Positions 23,428 to 32,000 of a stretch of 32,000 nucleotides of DNA are shown here, one piece after another; positions within the stretch are counted from its first letter, which is position 1; every line of letters begins with the position of its first letter. The stretch spans positions 2,370,001-2,402,000 of the forward strand of contig NC_000964.3 of assembly GCF_000009045.1 (NCBI RefSeq), given 5' to 3'. Source of the DNA: Bacillus subtilis subsp. subtilis str. 168 (lineage in GTDB: Bacteria; Bacillota; Bacilli; Bacillales; Bacillaceae). A program made the position numbers and the translations under genes. The notes under the pieces are model-generated. The model was not told the DNA's origin. It made no database searches and was given only the letters and a program-made list of their open reading frames with translations.

Positions 23428-23559
23428 ATGGGAAAAGACAGACAAGAGAAAAAACTCAAAGCTTCAGGCAGAGTCGAATCAGATCGCGACCAGTCCATTC
23501 ACTATGACGGAGCGACAAGCCTTGAACAAAACGGAAGATTCAAAAAGCGAAAATCATAA
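23428..23559 (+). CDS. ypzI: YpzI family small hydrophilic protein (43 aa), absent from the ORF track
   Basis: ATG at 23428 with TAAGGAG 7 nt upstream; encodes MGKDRQEKKLKASGRVESDRDQSIHYDGATSLEQNGRFKKRKS. The only confident plus-strand gene here. Confidence 0.85.
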   Translation: MGKDRQEKKLKASGRVESDRDQSIHYDGATSLEQNGRFKKRKS

Positions 23560-23563
23560 TACA

Positions 23564-23596
23564 AAAAGCCCAAACCACATATGGTTTTGGGCTTTT
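23564..23596. terminator. Bidirectional terminator between ypzI and fni
   Basis: AAAAGCCCAAACCACATATGGTTTTGGGCTTTT; A/T-rich flanks on both sides of the stem, between convergent genes. Confidence 0.85.
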
Positions 23597-23601
23597 ATCA
23601 T

Positions 23602-24663
<1,062 letters not shown>

Positions 24664-25812
24664 TTATTTTAGTTTATTCAGCTTATCTCCGATCAGATCT
24701 CCAAGCTGGAAGCCAGTGCTTGTTTCTTCCTTCGCTTGATATTGACGGTAATCTTCCTGGTCAGCTTTAGGCGTTTCTTCAAGTTCACGCATGCTTAATG
24801 AAATGCGCTCCTCATTTTCATTCACATCAAGAACCTTCACTTTTACAGTCTGTCCTTCTTCAAGGACTTCATGCGGCGTGCCGATGTGTTTATTGGAAAT
24901 TTGAGAAATATGAACGAGACCTTCAACACCTGGAAGGATTTCAACAAAGGCACCGAAGCTTACAAGACGCTGTACAGTTCCTTCAAGCACATCGCCAGGC
25001 TTCACTTTTTCGCCGATTTGGTTCCAAGGTCCAGGCAGTGTATCTTTGATCGATAAAGAAATACGTTCATTATCACGGTCAACCGATAACACTTTCACTT
25101 TTACTTCTTGTCCCTCTTCAACAACGTCAGACGGCTTCTCTACATGAGAGTGGGAAAGCTGTGAAATGTGTACAAGTCCGTCGATGCCGCCAATATCAAC
25201 AAACGCGCCAAAGTCAGTCAGGCGCTGTACTTTGCCATCAAGTACACTTCCAACTTCAAGAGACTGAAGAAGTTCTTGTTTTTTATTCGCTTGTTCACTT
25301 TCAACAACAGCACGGTGTGAAAGGATCACGCGGTTTTTATCACGGTCAAGCTCTACAACGAGCAGTGACAGTGTTTTTCCTTTATAGTCAGTGAAGTCTT
25401 CAACGAAATGTGCTTCAACAAGTGATGCCGGAATAAAACCGCGAACGCCGATATCAACGACAAGGCCGCCTTTCACGACATCTTTCACTTCAGCTTCAAA
25501 CACTTCTTTTGTTTCAAATTTTTTCTCAAGGTCTTCCCAAGCGCGGTCTGCATCAACAGCACGTTTAGATAAAATCAAAGCATCGTCTTCCACTTTTGTT
25601 ACTTTCAGGTCAAGCTCGTCGTCTACTTTAACAACATCCGATGCTTTCTCTACATGAAGACTTGATAATTCACTGATTGGAATAATACCGGATTGTTTGA
25701 CATTGATAATTTCTACATCTACATGTTTGTCTTCTACCTTTGTCACAATCCCTTTAACTACATCTCCAACCTCTGGCACTTGAACATCAATTTGATTCAT
25801 TTCCTCTGTCAT
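24664..25812 (-). CDS. ypfD: Ribosomal protein S1 homolog YpfD
   Basis: 382 aa with four S1-type repeats, e.g. [20 protein letters not shown] and [29 protein letters not shown]. Confidence 0.95.
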   Translation of the reverse strand: MTEEMNQIDVQVPEVGDVVKGIVTKVEDKHVDVEIINVKQSGIIPISELSSLHVEKASDVVKVDDELDLKVTKVEDDALILSKRAVDADRAWEDLEKKFETKEVFEAEVKDVVKGGLVVDIGVRGFIPASLVEAHFVEDFTDYKGKTLSLLVVELDRDKNRVILSHRAVVESEQANKKQELLQSLEVGSVLDGKVQRLTDFGAFVDIGGIDGLVHISQLSHSHVEKPSDVVEEGQEVKVKVLSVDRDNERISLSIKDTLPGPWNQIGEKVKPGDVLEGTVQRLVSFGAFVEILPGVEGLVHISQISNKHIGTPHEVLEEGQTVKVKVLDVNENEERISLSMRELEETPKADQEDYRQYQAKEETSTGFQLGDLIGDKLNKLK

Positions 25813-26044
25813 TTGAATAACCTCCTTGGTCCAAACCTACACAGCTTAATTAAAACGGTTTGAAAGCTGAACATATAACATGCCCGCTTTTAGCCGAATA
25901 TGTATTAAAGAATCATCCAAAAAAGTTTTTTGAATGATCAATAAAAAGTTTTATTAGTATTAACTTCTAATAAAAGGACAGGTTTGTCAAGCAATAACAT
26001 TCTATCTTCGTTGAAAAATTCAAAAAAAGTGGCATTTGCCATCC

Positions 26045-26719
26045 TCAGCGGGACTTTTGCTCCACAGCCTCGAGGATTTTATCAGCTACCTCTTGAATGG
26101 AAAGCGATGTCGTGTCGATTTCAAGAGCGTCTTCTGCTTTACGCAGCGGAGATACTTCGCGCTCTGAATCAAGCTTGTCTCTTCTTGCAATTTCCTCAAT
26201 TAATGTTTCGTAGTTGACATCAAAGCCTTTTTTCACATTTTCTTCATAACGGCGTTTCGCTCTCTCTTCCACAGATGCCAAAAGAAAGATTTTTACTTCT
26301 GCATTTGGCAGCACATGCGTCCCGATGTCACGACCATCCATGACGACGCCGCCTTTTTCCCCAAGCTGCTGCTGGCGTTTCACCATTTCTTCTCTGACAC
26401 TTCTGTGCTTGGCCGCAATTGAAACTTGGTTGCTGATTTCATCTGTTCTGATCGCCTCAGTTACATCGGTGCCGTTTACAAACACTTTTTGTCCATCTTT
26501 TGTTGTAATCAGCTCAATGTCTGTCCGCTTTAGCAGCTCAGCCAGTTTTTCTTCATCTGTCAGATCAACGTTTTCCTGTAAAGCCGCGTACGTAATCGCC
26601 CGATACATCGCTCCTGTATCAATATATATGTACGATTTTTTCTCAGCCACAATTTTGGCAACGGTGCTTTTCCCCGCAGCTGCCGGGCCGTCGATTGCAA
26701 TCGATAATTTCTTTTCCAT
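26045..26719 (-). CDS. cmk: Cytidylate kinase
   Basis: 224 aa from [27 protein letters not shown]; [10 protein letters not shown] and DGRDIGT motifs. Confidence 0.97.
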   Translation of the reverse strand: MEKKLSIAIDGPAAAGKSTVAKIVAEKKSYIYIDTGAMYRAITYAALQENVDLTDEEKLAELLKRTDIELITTKDGQKVFVNGTDVTEAIRTDEISNQVSIAAKHRSVREEMVKRQQQLGEKGGVVMDGRDIGTHVLPNAEVKIFLLASVEERAKRRYEENVKKGFDVNYETLIEEIARRDKLDSEREVSPLRKAEDALEIDTTSLSIQEVADKILEAVEQKSR

Positions 26720-26797
26720 AATTCCTCTCCTTGCTCTTTTCTCCTCTAAGGATTGTATCACGAACTTTATGAAAAAGGGTGAAAAATTGATGAATAA

Positions 26798-26974
26798 TTA
26801 ATGTTTGAAGGTTTCAATCCTATTGTTTTCCTCCATTTTATCCACCCCTTCATATTGAATCACTTTTGATACGTATGGTTCAATATGCTGATAGTGAAAA
26901 AGAAATTGGACACCAAGTAAAATGATGGCCTGAATGAACAATAATTTGATCAGCAGCCGTTCAAATGTTTTCAT
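26798..26974 (-). CDS. ypfB: Small putative membrane protein YpfB (58 aa), absent from the ORF track
   Basis: MKTFERLLIKLLFIQAIILLGVQFLFHYQHIEPYVSKVIQYEGVDKMEENNRIETFKH; one N-terminal hydrophobic segment; GGAG upstream of the ATG. Confidence 0.82.
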   Translation of the reverse strand: MKTFERLLIKLLFIQAIILLGVQFLFHYQHIEPYVSKVIQYEGVDKMEENNRIETFKH

Positions 26975-27018
26975 TGGAGCACCTCCATTACAAATAGTAT
27001 GGAAGTGTTTGCCGATGT

Positions 27019-27672
27019 TTATTCCATTCGGGCCTTTCTTCTCTTATTTAACTGGCGCCTGATGCAGTATTGAAGCAAAGCCTGCTGGTCACCTGCTGCA
27101 ATTTCTGAATACTCTAAAGTCATTTTTCGTTTTTCTGACTTGGGGTCATTAAAGATTCGTCTGACAACTGCTTCTGTTTCTATTTGACGTGTGTGCTCCT
27201 CTTCAGGAAGACGGATGATCAGGCGCAATGATTCCCCCGATTGAAAAGAAAGGCCATCAGCTAAAACCACGGCGATGCCGCCTGCACTGATGTTATAGGA
27301 TAGTGTGCGGATCTCTTCTTCATTTCCCGGCTGAATTTGCACATCTAATACCGCATCAGTTCTTACATATTGGCGGCGCTGGATTCTTTTCATTTTTTCA
27401 CGGGGAGGCATTTCAAGACAGATCATTTGAAGTTTGTCCTTCACTTTACCTTTTATACGGCTTATAAAGCGATAAGGAACTTCGTCTTTTCCCACAAACT
27501 CTACCGTTACTTCCATATCGTTATGTAAAATCACAGTTCGCCCTGTAACTACATCAACAGGATACGCGATCAAAAGTTCATTGTTTTCGATGCTGACCGC
27601 CTTGCTTTTTGCCTTTTTCAATTCATTTTCTTCTATATATTCTAAAAGTACATTTTCTCCAATCTCTATCAT
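27019..27672 (-). CDS. motI: PilZ-domain c-di-GMP receptor MotI/DgrA (YpfA)
   Basis: 217 aa; YcgR-type N-domain plus PilZ motif RRQYVRT ... LSYNISAGGIAV. Confidence 0.92.
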   Translation of the reverse strand: MIEIGENVLLEYIEENELKKAKSKAVSIENNELLIAYPVDVVTGRTVILHNDMEVTVEFVGKDEVPYRFISRIKGKVKDKLQMICLEMPPREKMKRIQRRQYVRTDAVLDVQIQPGNEEEIRTLSYNISAGGIAVVLADGLSFQSGESLRLIIRLPEEEHTRQIETEAVVRRIFNDPKSEKRKMTLEYSEIAAGDQQALLQYCIRRQLNKRRKARME

Positions 27673-27732
27673 TGACTTCACTCTTTCGCATTCAATATAC
27701 TCACGTTTTTATTAAAGCACGTAATGAAAAAA

Positions 27733-27757
27733 AGGAAAAGACATTTAGTCCTTTCCT
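27733..27757 (-). terminator. Rho-independent terminator after ypeB
   Basis: AGGAAAGGAC ... GTCTTTTCCTTTTTTTC on the minus strand. Confidence 0.8.
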
Positions 27758-27764
27758 CCTGTTT

Positions 27765-29117
27765 TTATAGGTCTTTATATATAGGTTCTGCATTTTTTAG
27801 TTTTTCAACCTTTTCTTCCGATCCGTCTTTGGCATTGATATACATTCTGAATGTGTCATTTTCAATTGTCCCAAGCATTTCGTAGCATAACACTTCTTGA
27901 CCTAGTTCATTTGTAATCAAAGCGAGCCTTGTTTCTCTCACTTGTACATTTTTATTTAATTTAGACTTTGCCTCTGCTTCAGTAATTGCAGGCTTAGGTA
28001 TGGTTCTTTTTCTGTGAGATGTGAGGAAGTCTCTTGCTGAAAAGCCGACAACCTCACCGTCATCCAAGGCCACTTTCATACGAATTGCCTCGGGGTACAT
28101 CCGGACTTTATTTTCAACAGGAACATATGAAAATACACCGATTTTATCATATTGGGCACTTTCATCAATTTCCAAATCATCTGTTTCAAATCCGTTTTTC
28201 TTTAAAAATGCAAGCGCTCGGTTCGATCCGTCATTTAAACTGATTTTCTGATCTTTCACTTCTCTGTTTTGGATCAAGTATACCGGATGCCCGCCCTTCT
28301 TCGTAATATCCATATAAATCACTGCTTTATGGTCTGGGTCTTTCATGCTGATGCTATATACATCGCGATTTGTTTTTTTTCCGCTCTTTACCACTTTAAT
28401 TGAATAATTGTCATCTGGGGCAAAGCGCTCAGCAATTTGTTTTGCTTCCTGTTCGGAAATTTGTTTTCCCTTCAGATGGCTGAAGCCTTTCTCTTCTTTT
28501 TTCGTACTGGTGAAACTCGGGCCAAGATCAGTGCCAGTGGAGAATGCACCAACATTTTTTTCGACTGTTTTAAAGCTGTTGATAATCGTATTATCACTTT
28601 GTTTTTCGTCAGAAGCCAGAGCCATTTCTACGTCCATCCAGCGAAGGTTTTTGCTCATGACAAGGTGCTGAACATGACGCAATTCATTTTGTATATCTTC
28701 GGACTGCTGATATAGCTTATTTAGTGATGTATACTCGTTTTTATCAAGCGGCTTTTGGTCCAAATCTCTGACTGACGTTTTATAGCTGAAATCGCCGATC
28801 TTTGATAATAGCTCTTCAGTTTTATTAAACGGCATTAATGTAAGCGGCAGCTGACTGACGCTGTTATGAGCTTCTGATGTAATCCTCCACACATCGATCA
28901 ATGCAGGCGACAGTGATTTTTGGCTGTTCATGGCAAGTGTTGTTCCGATTTTATCATGAAGCTGATCCACCTGATAGGTAAGCTCATGAAACGCCCGCTG
29001 ATAGTTATTTTCAGCATGAAGAAGAACTGCGTCTTTTTCCTGGTGTTCTTTGTATCCCCAGTAGCCTGTACCGACTATTGCAATACCAAGCACGGCGATT
29101 AAAATTCCTCTGATCAT
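27765..29117 (-). CDS. ypeB: Germination protein YpeB, required for SleB
   Basis: 450 aa with an N-terminal membrane anchor and PepSY-like repeats (e.g. GKQISEQEAKQIAERFAP); adjacent to sleB. Confidence 0.94.
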   Translation of the reverse strand: MIRGILIAVLGIAIVGTGYWGYKEHQEKDAVLLHAENNYQRAFHELTYQVDQLHDKIGTTLAMNSQKSLSPALIDVWRITSEAHNSVSQLPLTLMPFNKTEELLSKIGDFSYKTSVRDLDQKPLDKNEYTSLNKLYQQSEDIQNELRHVQHLVMSKNLRWMDVEMALASDEKQSDNTIINSFKTVEKNVGAFSTGTDLGPSFTSTKKEEKGFSHLKGKQISEQEAKQIAERFAPDDNYSIKVVKSGKKTNRDVYSISMKDPDHKAVIYMDITKKGGHPVYLIQNREVKDQKISLNDGSNRALAFLKKNGFETDDLEIDESAQYDKIGVFSYVPVENKVRMYPEAIRMKVALDDGEVVGFSARDFLTSHRKRTIPKPAITEAEAKSKLNKNVQVRETRLALITNELGQEVLCYEMLGTIENDTFRMYINAKDGSEEKVEKLKNAEPIYKDL

Positions 29118-29151
29118 TTATCACACCTCTTTTTATGCTTTCTCATATCTG

Positions 29152-30069
29152 CTACTCACAGAAAATGTGTTTACCGATTCTTTTAATCTGCGGACGCCCC
29201 CAAATCCACGGACTTGTAGCCGTATCCGGATTAAAGTAGTAAAGTGCTTCCTCTGATGGGTCCCAGCCATTGATGGCATCCAGCACTGCTTCTCGTGCCG
29301 TTTCATTCGGCTGCATGTAAATTTGTCCGTCGGCTACTGCTGTGAAGGCAAGCGGCTCAAAAATAACCCCCGCTACTGAATTTGGAAATAACGGGCTGTT
29401 CAAACGGTTTAAAATGACTGCTGCAATAGCAACCTGCCCCTCGTACGGCTCGCCCCGGGCTTCGCCATAAACCGCTTGAGCAAGCAGCCTGATATCGTTG
29501 TTGGAAAATCCACCAGGCATGTTCGCTGCTACCGCATCCTGTTTTCTTGCTTTTGCTGGTGTATTGTTTTGCTGTTTATTCGCATTCGCTTTAGGCTTCT
29601 GCGTTGTTTTTTCCGCAGGCTGTTTCTGCCGTGCTTCTGCTTGTTGTCTTGCCTTTTGTGTTGCTGCTTTTGATGGTTTCGTCTGATACTTTAGCGGAAT
29701 TTTTCCGTAATGCGTGAATGTATTCCCTTTATTGAGCTGTTCCATGACATATTCACGATAGTATTTTGATTTACATATTAAGGTTTGCTTTGTTTTAGCT
29801 CCTACAAGGCCGTCAACCTCTTTTAACCCGAATTGATCCTGAAAATTTCGAACTGCCCAGTACGTCCCCCATCCATAAACCCCGTCAATTTTTCCGTTAT
29901 AATATCCGTTGTATTGAAGACGCGCCTGAAGCTCGACCACATCATCCCCTGTTGCCCCTCTTTGAATGACCTGATTCGAAAAGGCAGAGATCGTTTCAGT
30001 ATTAATAAACGTCGTTATTGTAAAGGAAAAAAGGATGAGACATGCCATAATCGATCCTTTGGACTTCAT
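29152..30069 (-). CDS. sleB: Spore cortex-lytic enzyme SleB
   Basis: 305 aa; signal peptide, peptidoglycan-binding domain (GDDVVELQARLQYNGYYNGKIDGVYG) and hydrolase_2 domain (AVYGEARGEPYEGQVAIAAVILNR). Confidence 0.97.
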   Translation of the reverse strand: MKSKGSIMACLILFSFTITTFINTETISAFSNQVIQRGATGDDVVELQARLQYNGYYNGKIDGVYGWGTYWAVRNFQDQFGLKEVDGLVGAKTKQTLICKSKYYREYVMEQLNKGNTFTHYGKIPLKYQTKPSKAATQKARQQAEARQKQPAEKTTQKPKANANKQQNNTPAKARKQDAVAANMPGGFSNNDIRLLAQAVYGEARGEPYEGQVAIAAVILNRLNSPLFPNSVAGVIFEPLAFTAVADGQIYMQPNETAREAVLDAINGWDPSEEALYYFNPDTATSPWIWGRPQIKRIGKHIFCE

Positions 30070-30105
30070 CTTTTCAAGCCTCCTACTGCAAATTTTTAAG
30101 TGTAA

Positions 30106-30138
30106 TCGTATTTTCTGTAACGAGGTTATTTTTATACA
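30106..30138 (-). promoter_or_regulatory. Weak candidate forespore (sigma-G-like) promoter for sleB-ypeB
   Basis: TGTATA (30138..30133), 20 nt, AATACGA (30112..30106) on the minus strand. Imperfect match; supported mostly by gene function. Confidence 0.3.
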
Positions 30139-30182
30139 CTCTTTCCTTGTTATCCCTCAGAACATAAAAACTGCACACAAAA

Positions 30183-30207
30183 AAGCCGCACGGTTGCTGT
30201 GCGGCTT
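30183..30207 (-). terminator. Rho-independent terminator after prsW
   Basis: AAGCCGCAC ... GTGCGGCTTTTTTG on the minus strand: perfect 9-bp stem adjacent to the stop. Confidence 0.87.
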
Positions 30208-30864
30208 CTATACTTGCATCATATTAACGGAACGGGCTTTTTTCGCTTTACGCAAACCAAACCACCATAAAAATACCATAAATGGAAGCATATAATAAAT
30301 CCAATTGCTAAGCGCTGTTAGGATAAAATCATATGATCCATGCAAAAGGGATGGGACAACTAAAGAAAGAGTAAGCCACTTTACACGCGCCTTATCAGCG
30401 GAAAAACGGGCTTTTCCAAGGTAAAATCCCATTATAACGCCAATCAAGGCATGGCATGAAACAGGCAGCAGCGCCCTGACAAACGCATGCTCCACGCCGT
30501 GGCCAATTAAATAAAGAATATTTTCGAGGGTTGCAAAACCGAGTGATACACTTGCACCGTACACAATCCCGTCATAATGCTCATCAAAGTGGGCGTGCGG
30601 GTAAACACTGATCATCAGTATAAACCATTTTAATGATTCCTCCAAAAACCCCGAAGATAAAAAAGAAACGAAAAAGCTTCCGCCTCCTACATTCTCTTTT
30701 TCAAGTACATACTGGATAAACATGATGGGAAATACAAGAACAACCCCGAGAAAAAACGACCGTAGCACCATATGTACAGGTTCATTATCATACTGATCTT
30801 TTAAATAAAAATAACTTAATAACGCGATGCCGGGGGCAATTCCTGCAGAGATGATTGCAAACAT
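30208..30864 (-). CDS. prsW: Anti-sigma-W (RsiW) protease PrsW (YpdC)
   Basis: 218 aa membrane protein; [21 protein letters not shown] and PVSCHALIG PrsW-family motifs. Confidence 0.95.
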   Translation of the reverse strand: MFAIISAGIAPGIALLSYFYLKDQYDNEPVHMVLRSFFLGVVLVFPIMFIQYVLEKENVGGGSFFVSFLSSGFLEESLKWFILMISVYPHAHFDEHYDGIVYGASVSLGFATLENILYLIGHGVEHAFVRALLPVSCHALIGVIMGFYLGKARFSADKARVKWLTLSLVVPSLLHGSYDFILTALSNWIYYMLPFMVFLWWFGLRKAKKARSVNMMQV

Positions 30865-30951
30865 CAGGCAACCTCTTTCCTTTATATTCCTACATCTATC
30901 CTACCATGTTGTTTAAAATTTTACATCTGTCTGCACTTAAAAAAACAAAAA

Positions 30952-30976
30952 GAGCATACGAATGCATCATATGCTC
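30952..30976 (-). terminator. Rho-independent terminator after ypdA
   Basis: GAGCATA ... TATGCTCTTTTTGTTTTTTT on the minus strand. Confidence 0.82.
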
Positions 30977-30983
30977 CTCATCT

Positions 30984-31958
30984 TTAATGGTTTTCTCTTT
31001 TGGCGATTTCCGCTGCGATATGCCCCCCGTGAAACCTGCCGTTTTCAATAAATATTTCATTTGCATTGTTTCCCGCAGCAATAACACCGGCAATAAAGAC
31101 ACCTTCAACGTTCGTTTCCATCGTTTCTTCGTTGAAAAATGGACGCCCTGTTTCTTTATCAATTTCAACACCAATTTTTTCAAGAAATTGATGATCGGGA
31201 TGATAGCCTGTCATGGCAAATACAAAATCATTTTTAATGGTAATGAGTTCTTTCTCTCCGGAGCGAAACACAACTTCATTCTCGGTGATTTTTTCGACAC
31301 AAGCTCCAAATTCCATACGGATTGTACCGTTTCTGACGAGAGCTTCAAATTCCGGCAGAATCCACGGCTTAATGCTCGGAGAATACTCATTGCCCCTATA
31401 TAAAACTGTGACACGCGCCCCAGATTTCACGAGTTCAAGGGCGGCGTCCACGCTTGAATTTTTCCCGCCGATGACAACAACATCTTTATCAAAATACGGG
31501 TGGCCTTCTTTAAAATAATGAAATACTTTCGGCAAATCCTCACCGGGTACGCCCATATAGTTTGGATGATCATAATAGCCTGTGGCGATGATACAATATG
31601 GCGTCGTGTAGGTCTCTTTTGACGTCTCAATAACGAATGTGTTATTTTGCGTTTTCGTCACTTTACGCACCATTTCAAACGCATTAACACGGATGTTTTT
31701 CCGTTTAACGACTTCCCGGTAATACGATAAAGCCTGAATTCTGACAGGCTTCCTGTTCTCTGTAATAAATGCCACATCTCCGATTTCGAGCTTTTCACTT
31801 GAACTGAAAAAGGTTTGATGCGTCGGGTAATTGTAAATACTGTTAACGACATTGCCTTTTTCGATGACGAGGGCATCAATGCCAATTTGTTTTAGGTGAA
31901 TGGCAGCAGATAGTCCACAAGGTCCTCCGCCTATAATAATTGCTTTTTCTTGAATCAT
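30984..31958 (-). CDS. ypdA: FAD/NAD(P)-dependent oxidoreductase YpdA (bacillithiol disulfide reductase family)
   Basis: 324 aa from MIQEKAIIIGGGPCGLSAAIHLKQ; GGGPCG FAD site and VVIGGKNSSVDAAL NAD(P) site. Confidence 0.94.
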   Translation of the reverse strand: MIQEKAIIIGGGPCGLSAAIHLKQIGIDALVIEKGNVVNSIYNYPTHQTFFSSSEKLEIGDVAFITENRKPVRIQALSYYREVVKRKNIRVNAFEMVRKVTKTQNNTFVIETSKETYTTPYCIIATGYYDHPNYMGVPGEDLPKVFHYFKEGHPYFDKDVVVIGGKNSSVDAALELVKSGARVTVLYRGNEYSPSIKPWILPEFEALVRNGTIRMEFGACVEKITENEVVFRSGEKELITIKNDFVFAMTGYHPDHQFLEKIGVEIDKETGRPFFNEETMETNVEGVFIAGVIAAGNNANEIFIENGRFHGGHIAAEIAKRENH

Positions 31959-32000
31959 TTCTGTCAACTCCTGCGATTGGCATTTCACTTCATATTTTCT

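Noticed and set aside
26325-26801. 158-aa plus-strand ORF
   Set aside because: Fully antisense to cmk. The Ser/Phe-rich product is typical of a shadow frame of a minus-strand gene.
30855-31403. 182-aa plus-strand ORF
   Set aside because: Lies antisense to the confidently identified ypdA and overlaps its terminator. Composition is low-plausibility and there is no recognisable domain.

Overview
The window matches the Bacillus subtilis chromosome (about 200 degrees), read with nearly all genes on the minus strand. In ascending coordinates it holds: tyrA (partial), hisC, trpA, trpB, trpF, trpC, trpD, trpE with the TRAP-regulated leader, aroH, aroB, aroF, cheR, ndk, hepT, menH, hepS, mtrB, folE/mtrA, hbs, spoIVA, yphF, yphE, gpsA, der, ypzH, yphB, yphA, ypzI (plus strand), fni, ypfD, cmk, ypfB, motI/ypfA, ypeB, sleB, prsW and ypdA. 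Gene identities come from recalled protein sequence and family similarity; no database search was run. I see no CRISPR array, rRNA, tRNA, prophage, transposon or defence island. I did not find a convincing previously undescribed system. The most distinctive well-known element is the 11-repeat (G/U)AG TRAP-binding leader upstream of trpE, with the TRAP gene (mtrB) about 7 kb away. The less-explored points are: the ypzH-yphB-yphA membrane/capping-type module; a perfect hairpin that would bury the yphA Shine-Dalgarno; two short genes missing from the ORF track (ypzI and ypfB); an apparently non-coding ~200-nt region after gpsA; and a long hbs leader.
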